Below the pieces are notes generated by a model. That model was not told the DNA's origin. It made no database searches and was given only the letters and a program-made list of their open reading frames with translations. 64,000 bases of DNA, from assembly GCA_030625085.1 (NCBI GenBank), contig DAOURK010000009.1, positions 1,237-65,236 on the forward strand. Direction: 5' to 3'. Shown piece after piece: positions 21,891-30,724 of this stretch (the stretch's first letter is position 1; each line of letters begins with the position of its first letter). This stretch comes from Pseudomonadota bacterium. GTDB taxonomy: Bacteria; SZUA-182; DTGQ01. A program made the position numbers and the translations under genes.

Positions 21891-23687
21891 TTACTTTGCC
21901 AATCGTTGGAATTTAACGTTCTTTTCTATCAATTCCTCATAACTTCCTTGGGCTGAAATAATCCCTCGATCGATTAAGTATATACAATCAGAATATTTTA
22001 CAGTACTTATCCGATGCGCGATAATAATAAATGTCTTCTGTCCCTTTAGTCGTTCTACTGCCGAGGAAAAGGCTTCTTCTGTTTCCCGGTCAAGAGAGGA
22101 AGTTGCCTCATCTAGAACGAGCAATTCAGGGTTATTGTAAATAGCCCTAGCAATTCCAATCCTTTGCCTCTGTCCCCCCGAAAGCCTTACTCCCACTTCA
22201 CCCACGATGGTGTCTAATTGTCTGGGTAAATCTTTTACAAATTCCACTAACTGAGCTATACCCAAAGCCCACCACAAACGTTTCTCATCTATTTGATTTT
22301 CTGAAATTCCAAAGGCAATATTTCTTTTAATAGTATCATCAATGAGATAAATAAACTGAGGTACATAACCAATATTTTGTTGCCACCCGCTCATATTGGA
22401 AGAAATATCCAAACCATCTACAGTAATCTGACCTTGAGTGGGAGACAGGAGGCCCAGGATAAGATCAACTAATGTGGTCTTCCCTGATCCAGTATGCCCA
22501 ACTAAGGCAACAGACTCTCCCTTATGTATCCTCATCTGAATATTTTTTAAAACCAATTCGTCAGTGCCTGGATACCGATAGCTTACTCTCTCTAATTTAA
22601 TTATCTCGTTAAAGGTCATTGTAGGCACTGGAGCTGCTTTTAACCTGGATTTAAGTTTGTCTTCTGACATATCAAAATTTTTTAAATCTTTATAAATTAC
22701 TTCAAGTGATACAGAAGTAAACTTCATAGAATTTAAATAGGTCATTATTTTACTGACCGAAGGCATTAAACGAATAGATGCCAATGCAAAAAGCCCAATT
22801 AAAGGCAAAATATGCTGAAGTGTTTGCCCCTTGAGAAATAATAAACCAACGATTACTATCAAAGTCCCAATTAAGATTATTTCTAAAAAAATATGTGGTA
22901 GTTTATTGATAAAAATATGCTTAGAATGAGCTGAAACAAACCTTTTGATATTATCGCTTACTTCCTCTACAAAAAAACTTTCACGACCTAATACTTTCAT
23001 CTCCTTAAAACCGCCCATGGCCTGATTAATCCCTTTGATGGCTAAACCAAGATGCCGTTGTTCGATCTTGCCGAGTGTATAAAGTCGATGTCGAACAAGT
23101 TTGTAAAAAACGGGCAAAAAAGAGGATAGAATCAAGATGGTTGCTAAGGTGGGAATAGGGGCCATTACTATCAATAGGATAAGTATAAAGATAACTACAA
23201 GGAACTCTAATAATATATCAAGGCAGTGCATAAGAAAGGAAAATACTACTTTCCTGGTCTCCGTCATTATATTACGTAAAACAATGGATGAGTTTTGCTG
23301 AATATGTAAGGAAAATGGAATATGAACATAAGCTTCAAATAATTTTTTCGCGATATTTAATTCTGTAGCGGCTAAAAGAGCGAGTTGAACCCTATATACA
23401 AAGATAAGGTATAAACCCTTTACAAAAAAATATGCAACAAATAAAATCCCCGCAAAAAGGAGGAAACTTTTATACGAGCTGAAACCGAAAAAAGTATAAA
23501 TCCAATTCAACACAGGTTTCTCAATCACGATACTCGGCTTTTGCAAAAGAGCGATAAAAGGCATTATCAGGCCAACACCTAATGTCTCAAAGAAAGCGGC
23601 AATAGCCATAAGGAAAAATAAAATTAAAAAAGATTTTTTTTCTTTGGAGTCTAATAAATATTTAATTTTAGTTAATTTAGTCATCAA
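21891..23687 (-). CDS. Fused permease/ATPase ABC transporter (MsbA/PglK-like lipid-linked glycan exporter)
   Basis: TM domain, Walker A GHTGSGKTT, signature LSGGQRQR, Walker B LLVLDEATS, IAHR. Confidence 0.9.
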   Translation of the reverse strand: MMTKLTKIKYLLDSKEKKSFLILFFLMAIAAFFETLGVGLIMPFIALLQKPSIVIEKPVLNWIYTFFGFSSYKSFLLFAGILFVAYFFVKGLYLIFVYRVQLALLAATELNIAKKLFEAYVHIPFSLHIQQNSSIVLRNIMTETRKVVFSFLMHCLDILLEFLVVIFILILLIVMAPIPTLATILILSSFLPVFYKLVRHRLYTLGKIEQRHLGLAIKGINQAMGGFKEMKVLGRESFFVEEVSDNIKRFVSAHSKHIFINKLPHIFLEIILIGTLIVIVGLLFLKGQTLQHILPLIGLFALASIRLMPSVSKIMTYLNSMKFTSVSLEVIYKDLKNFDMSEDKLKSRLKAAPVPTMTFNEIIKLERVSYRYPGTDELVLKNIQMRIHKGESVALVGHTGSGKTTLVDLILGLLSPTQGQITVDGLDISSNMSGWQQNIGYVPQFIYLIDDTIKRNIAFGISENQIDEKRLWWALGIAQLVEFVKDLPRQLDTIVGEVGVRLSGGQRQRIGIARAIYNNPELLVLDEATSSLDRETEEAFSSAVERLKGQKTFIIIAHRISTVKYSDCIYLIDRGIISAQGSYEELIEKNVKFQRLAK

Positions 23688-23790
23688 GATTCATCGCCTT
23701 ATTTATTACTGGCATTTCGCTATGGCTATTTTTCATGGTATAGAATAACGATTCGCTGCCTATATGAATAAATGAATAATTTCACCATTC

Positions 23791-24906
23791 TTAGGTCAAC
23801 CCAAAAAATTTGGATACCATCATTTTTGAACTCTCCTCTCCTCGAAACCTGCTTTGGTATAGTTCATATCCGGCTTGTCCAAAAGACTTCCATTTTGACC
23901 GCTCTAAGAGCATACGCTCTATTGTTAATGAAAGCTCTTTCTCATTAGCTTTTTCCGCTTGATACCCATTTTTGCCAGAAATAACTAATTCCTTCATTCC
24001 ACCAACACCTGTAACAACCACTGGCAATTTAAGGGCCATAGCTTCAACAACAGCATGACACAGCCCTTCATTTCGTGATGTTTGAACATAAAGATCTGCT
24101 GCATTTAAAAACTTCCATCCCTCGTCAACAACACCTATCCAATGAATTCGATCGGAAACACCCAATTCTTTTGCTTTTTGTGGAAGCATGGATTTCGAGG
24201 GATTTACACCAATTACAATTAAATACAATAGTAAATTCTTTCTGGCAAGTACATGGAAAGACTCCAGAAGAATATCAAGTCCCTTTACCTTATTATCAAA
24301 GGCAATACAAGATAAAACAATTGCATCATCAGGAATTCCCAAGCTATTTCTTATTCCTAGACGGAGATCTTTAGAAGGATGCCTTTCTCCAAAAATCCCC
24401 AAATAATGTGCTGAGACAATACCAGCTTTTACCCCTCCGCTAATGAGATCATCTGCAACTGCCCGAGAGATACAAACTACATGATCATACTGATTGTAAG
24501 CAAATCGTCTAATAAAGGAAGTTTTTTTAAGATCAAACATGCAACGCCCTATAGTGATGACCTTGGCTACCTTTAACAGGCGGGCAATAAATCCACCGAG
24601 GATGGCTGATTTACCAAAATTAGTCACTAAAATCTCTGGTCTTATGGTTGAGATTAAACGAAATATACGAAAAAATGATTTGCGATAATTATCATTTAAC
24701 GACATGATCATTATCTCTATCCCTGCATCATTCAATTGCTGGATGTAATTCAGGCTCCTCGGCATAGCCTCATATTGAAGAACTGTTCTATACCCCTTGA
24801 CCCGGCATAGGCGGCATAATTCCATAAAATATCTTTCCATAGCACCAAACTTGCCGCTTTTCATTCCAGTAAGAATAAGAATGGTTTTCATATTATTGTC
24901 ATCCAA
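23791..24906 (-). CDS. Glycosyltransferase family 4
   Basis: GAMERY and SRNEGLCHAVVEAMALK. Confidence 0.88.
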   Translation of the reverse strand: MDDNNMKTILILTGMKSGKFGAMERYFMELCRLCRVKGYRTVLQYEAMPRSLNYIQQLNDAGIEIMIMSLNDNYRKSFFRIFRLISTIRPEILVTNFGKSAILGGFIARLLKVAKVITIGRCMFDLKKTSFIRRFAYNQYDHVVCISRAVADDLISGGVKAGIVSAHYLGIFGERHPSKDLRLGIRNSLGIPDDAIVLSCIAFDNKVKGLDILLESFHVLARKNLLLYLIVIGVNPSKSMLPQKAKELGVSDRIHWIGVVDEGWKFLNAADLYVQTSRNEGLCHAVVEAMALKLPVVVTGVGGMKELVISGKNGYQAEKANEKELSLTIERMLLERSKWKSFGQAGYELYQSRFRGEESSKMMVSKFFGLT

Positions 24907-25020
24907 GTATCTGTCATTATTACTTTTTATTATAAATAATTCTTCACTGTAAGTAATTGCCCATGGAAAAATAAGGCGGAACGTACTAAACTATTTGCTC
25001 TCTCATCTCAGGCTGCTTTT

Positions 25021-26178
25021 TTAAGTTAAAAGTGCTCTCATTCTATTTAGCACTTCTTCATACTTTTGTTTATTTCGAGCTATACTACCCGTAATTAATT
25101 TTTTATCAAAATACTCAATTGCCAAGTCGATGCTTTTACTGATTTGATTACTATTTTGAATATGATCAGCATGAATATAATTCATTTCCTGCATATTGAA
25201 TTCTTTTAGGAGATGATAGGTCTTGGTTCTATTATATTGATTTGATGATTTTCGTTTAAAATAAATCACTAAGACTGGTGTAAAGTTCTTTAAACTGTAA
25301 ATAGTGCCGTGGAAGCGGTCAGTCAAAGTAATAGTTGCGTATTTATATATTCCTGCCCACTCAAAGGGTGATATATCGGTAAGATTATAATCTGCCATAG
25401 GATTATAATTAAAAGATGCTACTTTAAAACCTTTTGATTTTAAGCATTTGATAATCATTTGGGTCTTTTGATGGCCAGGGGGAAGGTTGATTATAGCAAT
25501 CCTTTTTGAGGAATCAATTTTTAATTTTTGGACATATGAATCACCGTGACTATAATCTATCACCAAGTCGAAAGTAGGATCAGGGCTAACATCGAGAATA
25601 GAATGATTGTTAAGTCCTAGGGTTTTTGTTATTAAGTCATAGGTCATTTCATCTCGAACAGTGATTAAGTTGAAATCATTAATAGATTTTGTTAAACGAC
25701 TTTTCAATCCTTCAGAAAGTGCGGCACAATCTACGTTATATCCAGAGGAAGACAACATCACCTTTACACAATGCAGGTCTTCAGGGAGCCAATAGATAGA
25801 AGGTATACTATTTCGATAGTGATATTCCAACAGATATAAAACTATATCACTACCTACAACAATTAGGTCATATTGATTTTGCAATAAAAATTGTTTAGCT
25901 CCATCATAATCAAGTCCAATATATTTATGCTTGCTTTTTTTTAGAAACTTATTTTGAAAATTATTAAATATATAATATTTTTTTAACTCTTTATAAAAAT
26001 TTATGCAGTTAAAATGATGCAGTCTAAAATTAAATTTTATCCTTCGAAATCTATAATCTATTATTTCAACAGAATAGTCAGGAAAACGTCTTTTGATAGC
26101 TTGATAGGTAGCATAAGCTTGCAAAAATGTCCCTGGATTATGGGCCCAAAAAAAAGTTAATATGCCGATTTTTTTCAT
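25021..26178 (-). CDS. Polysaccharide pyruvyl transferase family protein
   Basis: HNPGTFLQAYA, YDLIVVGSD, ITVRDE, PDPT, TDRFHGTIYS. Confidence 0.85.
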   Translation of the reverse strand: MKKIGILTFFWAHNPGTFLQAYATYQAIKRRFPDYSVEIIDYRFRRIKFNFRLHHFNCINFYKELKKYYIFNNFQNKFLKKSKHKYIGLDYDGAKQFLLQNQYDLIVVGSDIVLYLLEYHYRNSIPSIYWLPEDLHCVKVMLSSSGYNVDCAALSEGLKSRLTKSINDFNLITVRDEMTYDLITKTLGLNNHSILDVSPDPTFDLVIDYSHGDSYVQKLKIDSSKRIAIINLPPGHQKTQMIIKCLKSKGFKVASFNYNPMADYNLTDISPFEWAGIYKYATITLTDRFHGTIYSLKNFTPVLVIYFKRKSSNQYNRTKTYHLLKEFNMQEMNYIHADHIQNSNQISKSIDLAIEYFDKKLITGSIARNKQKYEEVLNRMRALLT

Positions 26179-26232
26179 GTTTCTTATGAATAGCTTCTGT
26201 CGTTGAATTAATCCAGCATCAATAAGCCATTG

Positions 26233-27192
26233 TCATCTTGATAGAATAATCTTATTTAAATCTTGCCTGGATGGGGCACCAGGCTGATGATCAGGATAAC
26301 CTATCGCAACCAAACTGATGGGTATGAGAACAGGATTCAGTGCGAAATGTTTATAAAAAAATTCGTACTTTGACTTTTCCATAAAAATCTCCCCTAAACC
26401 ATTCCACCCCTTGAATCCAACCCAGCAAGCACCAAAGCCCCTCGAATGCAGCAAAAGTAACATATTTTGAATAAAAGCCGCTCCATCCAAATAGGCAAAG
26501 TGTTTCTCATTAGATCCATAAAGACTGGCATTAATAAAGATGATAGCCAAAAGCGGGGCATTTTTATAAAAATCGTTTGGAAAAAAAGTGGTTAAAAATT
26601 CTTTATTTGTTTTATCATCAACCAGTAATATCTCCAAAAATTGACGATTACAAGATGTTGGCGCCCACTTTGAAATCTCAATGATATTATAAATATCATT
26701 AATAGAAATCTTTTTATCTTTCCATCTTCGAATGCTTCGCCTCTTCAGCATTACATCGATCAGATTTTGCTGATTACCTGATAAATGAACCTGGGCCGAT
26801 TCAGGAATCTCCATACCATTGCTGTTATCATTGGGAATGCCTTCCTTTCCCATGATATACATCTTATATGCCCATAAATATGTTGCACCCAATTGAAGTT
26901 TTCTTCTTTTCGCTCTTTTTAAAATAAATCTAATTTCGTTAAGCAGAGCATGAGGAATCTCTTTTTTCTGGGTTAATTTCAAATCGATACTGTGACCTAA
27001 TTGCTGCATTTTTCCCATTAAAGCTTTATCATTTGAAAGAGGCTTTTTATTATAATAATGTGAGAAATAAATTGTGCTTAAAAATTGATTAGACTTAATG
27101 ACTTTTTTAATGAATTCCCTCAACTTATTAAATCTCCTCATCAACTTATTAAATCTCCTCAAATACCTTATCATGCATGATCTAAGGCACAC
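26233..27192 (-). CDS. Nitroreductase family protein with N-terminal extension
   Basis: KRRSIRRW, WAPTSCNRQ, AAFIQNMLLLLHSRGFGACW, AIGYP. Confidence 0.85.
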   Translation of the reverse strand: MCLRSCMIRYLRRFNKLMRRFNKLREFIKKVIKSNQFLSTIYFSHYYNKKPLSNDKALMGKMQQLGHSIDLKLTQKKEIPHALLNEIRFILKRAKRRKLQLGATYLWAYKMYIMGKEGIPNDNSNGMEIPESAQVHLSGNQQNLIDVMLKRRSIRRWKDKKISINDIYNIIEISKWAPTSCNRQFLEILLVDDKTNKEFLTTFFPNDFYKNAPLLAIIFINASLYGSNEKHFAYLDGAAFIQNMLLLLHSRGFGACWVGFKGWNGLGEIFMEKSKYEFFYKHFALNPVLIPISLVAIGYPDHQPGAPSRQDLNKIILSR

Positions 27193-27213
27193 AAAATCTC
27201 TCCAATAAATTGG

Positions 27214-27328
27214 TATTTACCAAAAATGCTAATATTGGCATTTTTGGTAAATAGGCTGCTTGAGGCTACAAAAAATCCTTATAAATAACTATTTAGCGGA
27301 TTTGCCAACCCTGGCATTTCCGCTAAAT
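27214..27328. repeat. Two adjacent inverted repeats upstream of the distal EPS genes
   Basis: Perfect 16-bp arms TATTTACCAAAAATGC / GCATTTTTGGTAAATA (27214-27253). Second hairpin ATTTAGCGGA..TGCCA / TGGCA..TCCGCTAAAT (27291-27328). Confidence 0.75.
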
Positions 27329-27505
27329 GGAAATATGACGCCACTAAAAAAATTTATTTTTATTTCATTTTCTAGCCTACGTTCTGTCCCTATTGTGCTA
27401 TCTACATTAAATATCAACCCTCATAGCATGGTGAGTCAGAAGGCTAACTTCGATTAAGCTGCCATCACTTTTAAGTAATTTTGTTTACCATAGTCTAAAA
27501 TCTGA

Positions 27506-27877
27506 TTATCCTTGGTAATTAACGTAGATCCTTGCTTTCTGGCGGTTAATAATCCGGCCCGCAGGATCACCATGGAAATTTCCAGGCAACCTGTTGCTTG
27601 CAATAGCAATTTTAGGCATTATTGGCAGTAGGGAAATACCATGCGTAGTTAACGCCCTGTTTACCCATACCATGCAATCAATCTCAAAAGTTATTCTTCC
27701 TTTCGCCTCCAATATCACGATTCCCCATACTGATATGACTAATAATTTAAGACAAGTCTCTTTAAAGGCCGTCTCAATTGTTTTTAAACATTTTGATGCC
27801 CCCAACTGCTCATTGCCGTTCATGAGCTAAAGCCAACTATGCGTATCAAGAAGCACCGCTTTTGGGGTTTTACTCAT
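27506..27877 (-). pseudogene. vapC: VapC (PIN) toxin pseudogene
   Basis: MSKTPKAVLLDTHSWL*LMNG...ISVW...FHGDPAGRII, with an in-frame TAG at 27827-27829. Confidence 0.8.
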
Positions 27878-28096
27878 CGACATTCCATTTTTCCTTGATA
27901 GGCTGCACAATGCGCTGTTAATGGCAACTGTTCCTTTTAAATATCCAAAAACCGGACAGGGAGGTTGCACTTCAATAGGGATAAGTTTGATGACCGGTTT
28001 GCCGCGCTTAGTTATTATTACTTCTTCTTGATTTTTGCGGATATCATCCATGCGTTTGAGAGACTTCGCCTTGAACTACCCGGCAGCAATTTTCAT
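27870..28096 (-). pseudogene. Phd/YefM antitoxin pseudogene
   Basis: MKIAAG*FKAKSLKRMDDI...VIITKRGKPVIKL. TAG at 28076-28078 plus a frameshift before the IVQPIKEKWNVDE tail. Confidence 0.8.
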
Positions 28097-28128
28097 TTTA
28101 GGATTCCTTAATTGTGACCATTTATATA

Positions 28129-28341
28129 TTACCTCAATCTTTTTTTTAATTCCTCTACATCGTTTATGTCTAATAGTTCGGCGCCTATTTGGTTCAGCTT
28201 ACTAAAATTTTTAATTGATTTTATGTGTTTTTTCAGATTAGGAGAAAGGGCACCAAATTTTTTTTTGATTTGATTTAGGATTAAAAGCTGCATATTTTCC
28301 ATACCCTTTTCCATGCCCTTTTTTTCATATACTGTAATCAT
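28129..28341 (-). CDS. Stand-alone C-terminal (DUF4351-like / RpnS-like) domain of an Rpn-family nuclease, copy 1
   Basis: MITVYEKKGMEKG...LILNQIKKKFGALSP...ELLD. Own SD GAGGT. Matches the tail of the 37191-37793 frame. Confidence 0.7.
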   Translation of the reverse strand: MITVYEKKGMEKGMENMQLLILNQIKKKFGALSPNLKKHIKSIKNFSKLNQIGAELLDINDVEELKKRLR

Positions 28342-28353
28342 ATCTTTTACCTC

Positions 28354-28480
28354 GGGAAAAAAAGGGCACAGGGCACAAGGCGTAAGGGGAAAAAGGAGGG
28401 CTTAGGGCTCAAGGCGCAGGGCATAGGGCAAAAAGAAGGGCTTAGGGCTCAAGGCTTGGGGTGCAGGGGAACGGGCTTGG
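28354..28480 (+). repeat. G-rich heptamer tract T1 (NNAGGGC)
   Basis: ACAGGGC ACAAGGC GTAAGGG...TTAGGGC TCAAGGC GCAGGGC ATAGGGC AAAAAGA AGGGC TTAGGGC TCAAGGC. Confidence 0.9.
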
Positions 28481-28815
28481 ATGAGTCGGGTTAACATGCC
28501 GGAAATGCGTTTACATTCTTTTTCAATGTGATCAAAGTTTTGTTTGGATAGGTAACCTATTTCGAAAGCGATAATGGATTGTGTCAAAACTTCCGCTGTG
28601 GATCCTTTGGCAGTGTAAAAGAACTTGACTGCCTGTTTGTCAGTGTTAAGTTCGTCGCCTTCTGCAATATTACTAGAGATAGAGACAGATGCTCGCCGAA
28701 TTTGGTCTTTAAGGCCATCGTCATTCGCGAAGGCGCCTTGATTAGTTAATTTGTAAATTAAGACGGCGAGGTTTTTTGAATGCTGCCAAACGTTTAGTTC
28801 ACGAAATTTTCCCAT
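28402..28815 (-). CDS. Four helix bundle protein (23S rRNA-IVP / Avd-fold family)
   Basis: FRELNVWQ...LKDQIRRASVSISSNIAEG...AKGSTAEVLTQ. The reading frame runs on into tract T1. Confidence 0.9.
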   Translation of the reverse strand: MGKFRELNVWQHSKNLAVLIYKLTNQGAFANDDGLKDQIRRASVSISSNIAEGDELNTDKQAVKFFYTAKGSTAEVLTQSIIAFEIGYLSKQNFDHIEKECKRISGMLTRLIQARSPAPQALSPKPFFLPYALRLEP

Positions 28816-28826
28816 CGCCTGATTTC

Positions 28827-29204
28827 TTATAAATATTTAATTATTTCATCTATGACATTCGCTATTTCAGGCATATGAGTGCAAATTATTGTTCCATCTC
28901 TCGTATGTTTATGTGACTTACACCTTAATGCCGGTTTATGCAAAGCGTTATCATATCTGAAGATGAGTTTTCCATCTCTATCCAGGTATTGATAAGAATA
29001 ACTCACTTTATCTATTGTATATTTGGCATCTATATATTCTTGGATATGAAAAACCGAATTGTCTACGAGGATAATTTTGGCTTTTATAACGGCTTGTTTG
29101 CGTGCCCGCATTTCTTCTTTAAATTCAACAGCCTCCGTATATCCATAATCTCTAAGCCTTTCTAAGGCTCGTTGAAATGTTTCAAGGTAATTACGAAGTG
29201 ACAT
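28827..29204 (-). CDS. DUF6516/TumE-like putative toxin, copy 1
   Basis: YSYQY...LIFRYDNALH...HKHT motif. Confidence 0.7.
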   Translation of the reverse strand: MSLRNYLETFQRALERLRDYGYTEAVEFKEEMRARKQAVIKAKIILVDNSVFHIQEYIDAKYTIDKVSYSYQYLDRDGKLIFRYDNALHKPALRCKSHKHTRDGTIICTHMPEIANVIDEIIKYL

Positions 29205-29511
29205 GCGCGATACTTCTTAATACAGTTAAGTCTTCTTTTAATTTAATAAATAAATAATACTCTCCCGCCCATTCAACATATTCAATATCTTTTCCCTTTA
29301 AATCTTCAGCAGTCCAATTTTCTATGAACTCATCAGATGAGATATTGTATTTTTTTTCAAACTTTTTAAGCCGCTCTTTGGCAAGCTTAAGACTATATTT
29401 AATACGCAGGGTTTCTGTCTCAATAACCTCCTTGATAAATTTAACTGCCTTATCGGGCTTATTTGTCTCCAAAACTATTTTGGCCATTGTTTCCTCACTC
29501 TTAATTTCCAA
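29191..29511 (-). CDS. Putative antitoxin partner (TumA-like), copy 1
   Basis: LKKFEKKYNISSDEF...EYVEWAGE. Overlaps the downstream toxin gene. Confidence 0.65.
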   Translation of the reverse strand: MEIKSEETMAKIVLETNKPDKAVKFIKEVIETETLRIKYSLKLAKERLKKFEKKYNISSDEFIENWTAEDLKGKDIEYVEWAGEYYLFIKLKEDLTVLRSIAHVTS

Positions 29512-29551
29512 ATACTATAGGTGACTAGTTAACCTTTTTCCTTATTTCCAT

Positions 29552-29779
29552 TTATATTGCATAATATTTTCTCAATCTTTTTTTTAATTCCTCTACATCG
29601 TTTATGTCTAATAATTCGGCGCCTATTTGGTTCAGCTTACTGAAATTTTTTATAGATTTTATACGTTTTTTTAGATCGGGAGAAAGGGTACCAAATTTTT
29701 TTTTGATTTGATTTAGGATTAAAAGCTGCATATTTTCCATGCCCTTTTCCATGCCTTTTTTCTCATATACAGTAATCAT
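29552..29779 (-). CDS. Stand-alone RpnS-like / DUF4351-like domain, copy 2
   Basis: Near-identical to 28129-28341, with the same GAGGTAAAAGATATG start. Confidence 0.7.
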   Translation of the reverse strand: MITVYEKKGMEKGMENMQLLILNQIKKKFGTLSPDLKKRIKSIKNFSKLNQIGAELLDINDVEELKKRLRKYYAI

Positions 29780-29800
29780 ATCTTTTACCTCTAAAAAAAT

Positions 29801-29888
29801 AAGGGTTTAGGGAATAAAAAAGGGCTTAGGGCTTAGGGAATGAAAAAGGGCGTAGGGCTTAGGGCATAGGGCTTAAGGAACGTAGGGC
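29801..29888 (+). repeat. G-rich heptamer tract T2
   Basis: TTAGGGA..AGGGC TTAGGGC TTAGGGA..AGGGC GTAGGGC TTAGGGC ATAGGGC..GTAGGGC. Confidence 0.9.
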
Positions 29889-30045
29889 CGGTATCAAGCG
29901 CTAATTGTAATATTGTACCACCATTTGGACCATAAAGTTTTGTTGGAATTAAAATTAATCCTTTTTCTGCGTTAAAGGAGTGCTCACAATACTATAGCCA
30001 TTTTTTCAGGTTGTGGCCCAATATACAAAATAGCAGAATGTAAAT
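29888..30045 (-). pseudogene. Partial duplicate of the DUF5678-like 3' end and the retropepsin 5' end, truncated at the catalytic DTG
   Basis: Homologous to about 33672-33830. Reads ...ILQLALDTG and then enters tract T2. Confidence 0.8.
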
Positions 30046-30062
30046 CCTCTATATATTATCTT

Positions 30063-30422
30063 TTATATTATCTTTAATTTTTCCGAAACTATAACAAAAG
30101 CCCTTTCTACAAATTCTTCTATGGTAACCGCTTCTTCGGCAATTTTAGATTTGGCATGTTCATCCGGGCTTTCAAAAGGATGAAAATGCCATTGGCCAAA
30201 AATATAATCTTGGCCAAAAATTCTCCTATCATTTAAGATAAGAGCGTAACTTTTTTTGGGTTTTTTTATGTTTACATATATTTGAACAAATAATTCCTTT
30301 AAAAAGTGAAGCCTCGCTTTTATGATAGATTTTGTTTTCTCAATAATTTCCGATTCTATAACGATATCAAACTGGGAAATTTCTTCTAAATTTCGAAATA
30401 TCTCCTCAATGCTTTCTTTCAT
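30063..30422 (-). CDS. TumE/DUF6516-like putative toxin
   Basis: SYALI...IFGQD...WHFHPF His-rich motif; coupled to an upstream small gene. Confidence 0.55.
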   Translation of the reverse strand: MKESIEEIFRNLEEISQFDIVIESEIIEKTKSIIKARLHFLKELFVQIYVNIKKPKKSYALILNDRRIFGQDYIFGQWHFHPFESPDEHAKSKIAEEAVTIEEFVERAFVIVSEKLKII

Positions 30423-30724
30423 TCCATTTCCTTAATTTCTTCCTCTATATCCTCTAAAACAGTTACAGACATATCCCAGTCAAAGTAATCTCTTTCGATT
30501 TCGTAATTCATTTCTCTGTCTTTATATACTTTTTCAAAATTTTCAAATTTCATATTATATTTTTTTTCAAAATTCTTTACCATAAATATATATTTATTTT
30601 TTTTTCTTATTAGTTCTCTGTTTATCAATTCTTTAATTGCATCAACTATATCTCCTTTTTGGGTAATATTAACAAGCTCTTTTTGTACTTTCTCTGATAA
30701 AACAACATTGTTTGATATTGACAT
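30419..30724 (-). CDS. Putative antitoxin (FEKKY...DYFDW type), copy 1
   Basis: KNFEKKYNMKFENF...ERDYFDWDM. 4-bp overlap with the toxin gene. Confidence 0.6.
   Translation of the reverse strand: MSISNNVVLSEKVQKELVNITQKGDIVDAIKELINRELIRKKNKYIFMVKNFEKKYNMKFENFEKVYKDREMNYEIERDYFDWDMSVTVLEDIEEEIKEME

Noticed and set aside
8193-26178. Poly-A/T runs in glycosyltransferase genes as phase-variation switches
   Set aside because: Runs are about 9 nt or shorter, expected in such AT-rich DNA, and all frames are intact.
27827-28078. Two in-frame TAG codons in adjacent genes, suggesting pyrrolysine or stop-codon reassignment
   Set aside because: The antitoxin also has a frameshift and the toxin has lost catalytic residues. 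TAG terminates normal genes in this window (fabZ, the 47440 CTERM gene). No pyl genes are visible.
28402-28815. Diversity-generating retroelement
   Set aside because: An Avd-fold gene is present, but there is no reverse transcriptase and no TR/VR pair with adenine-specific mismatches in the window.
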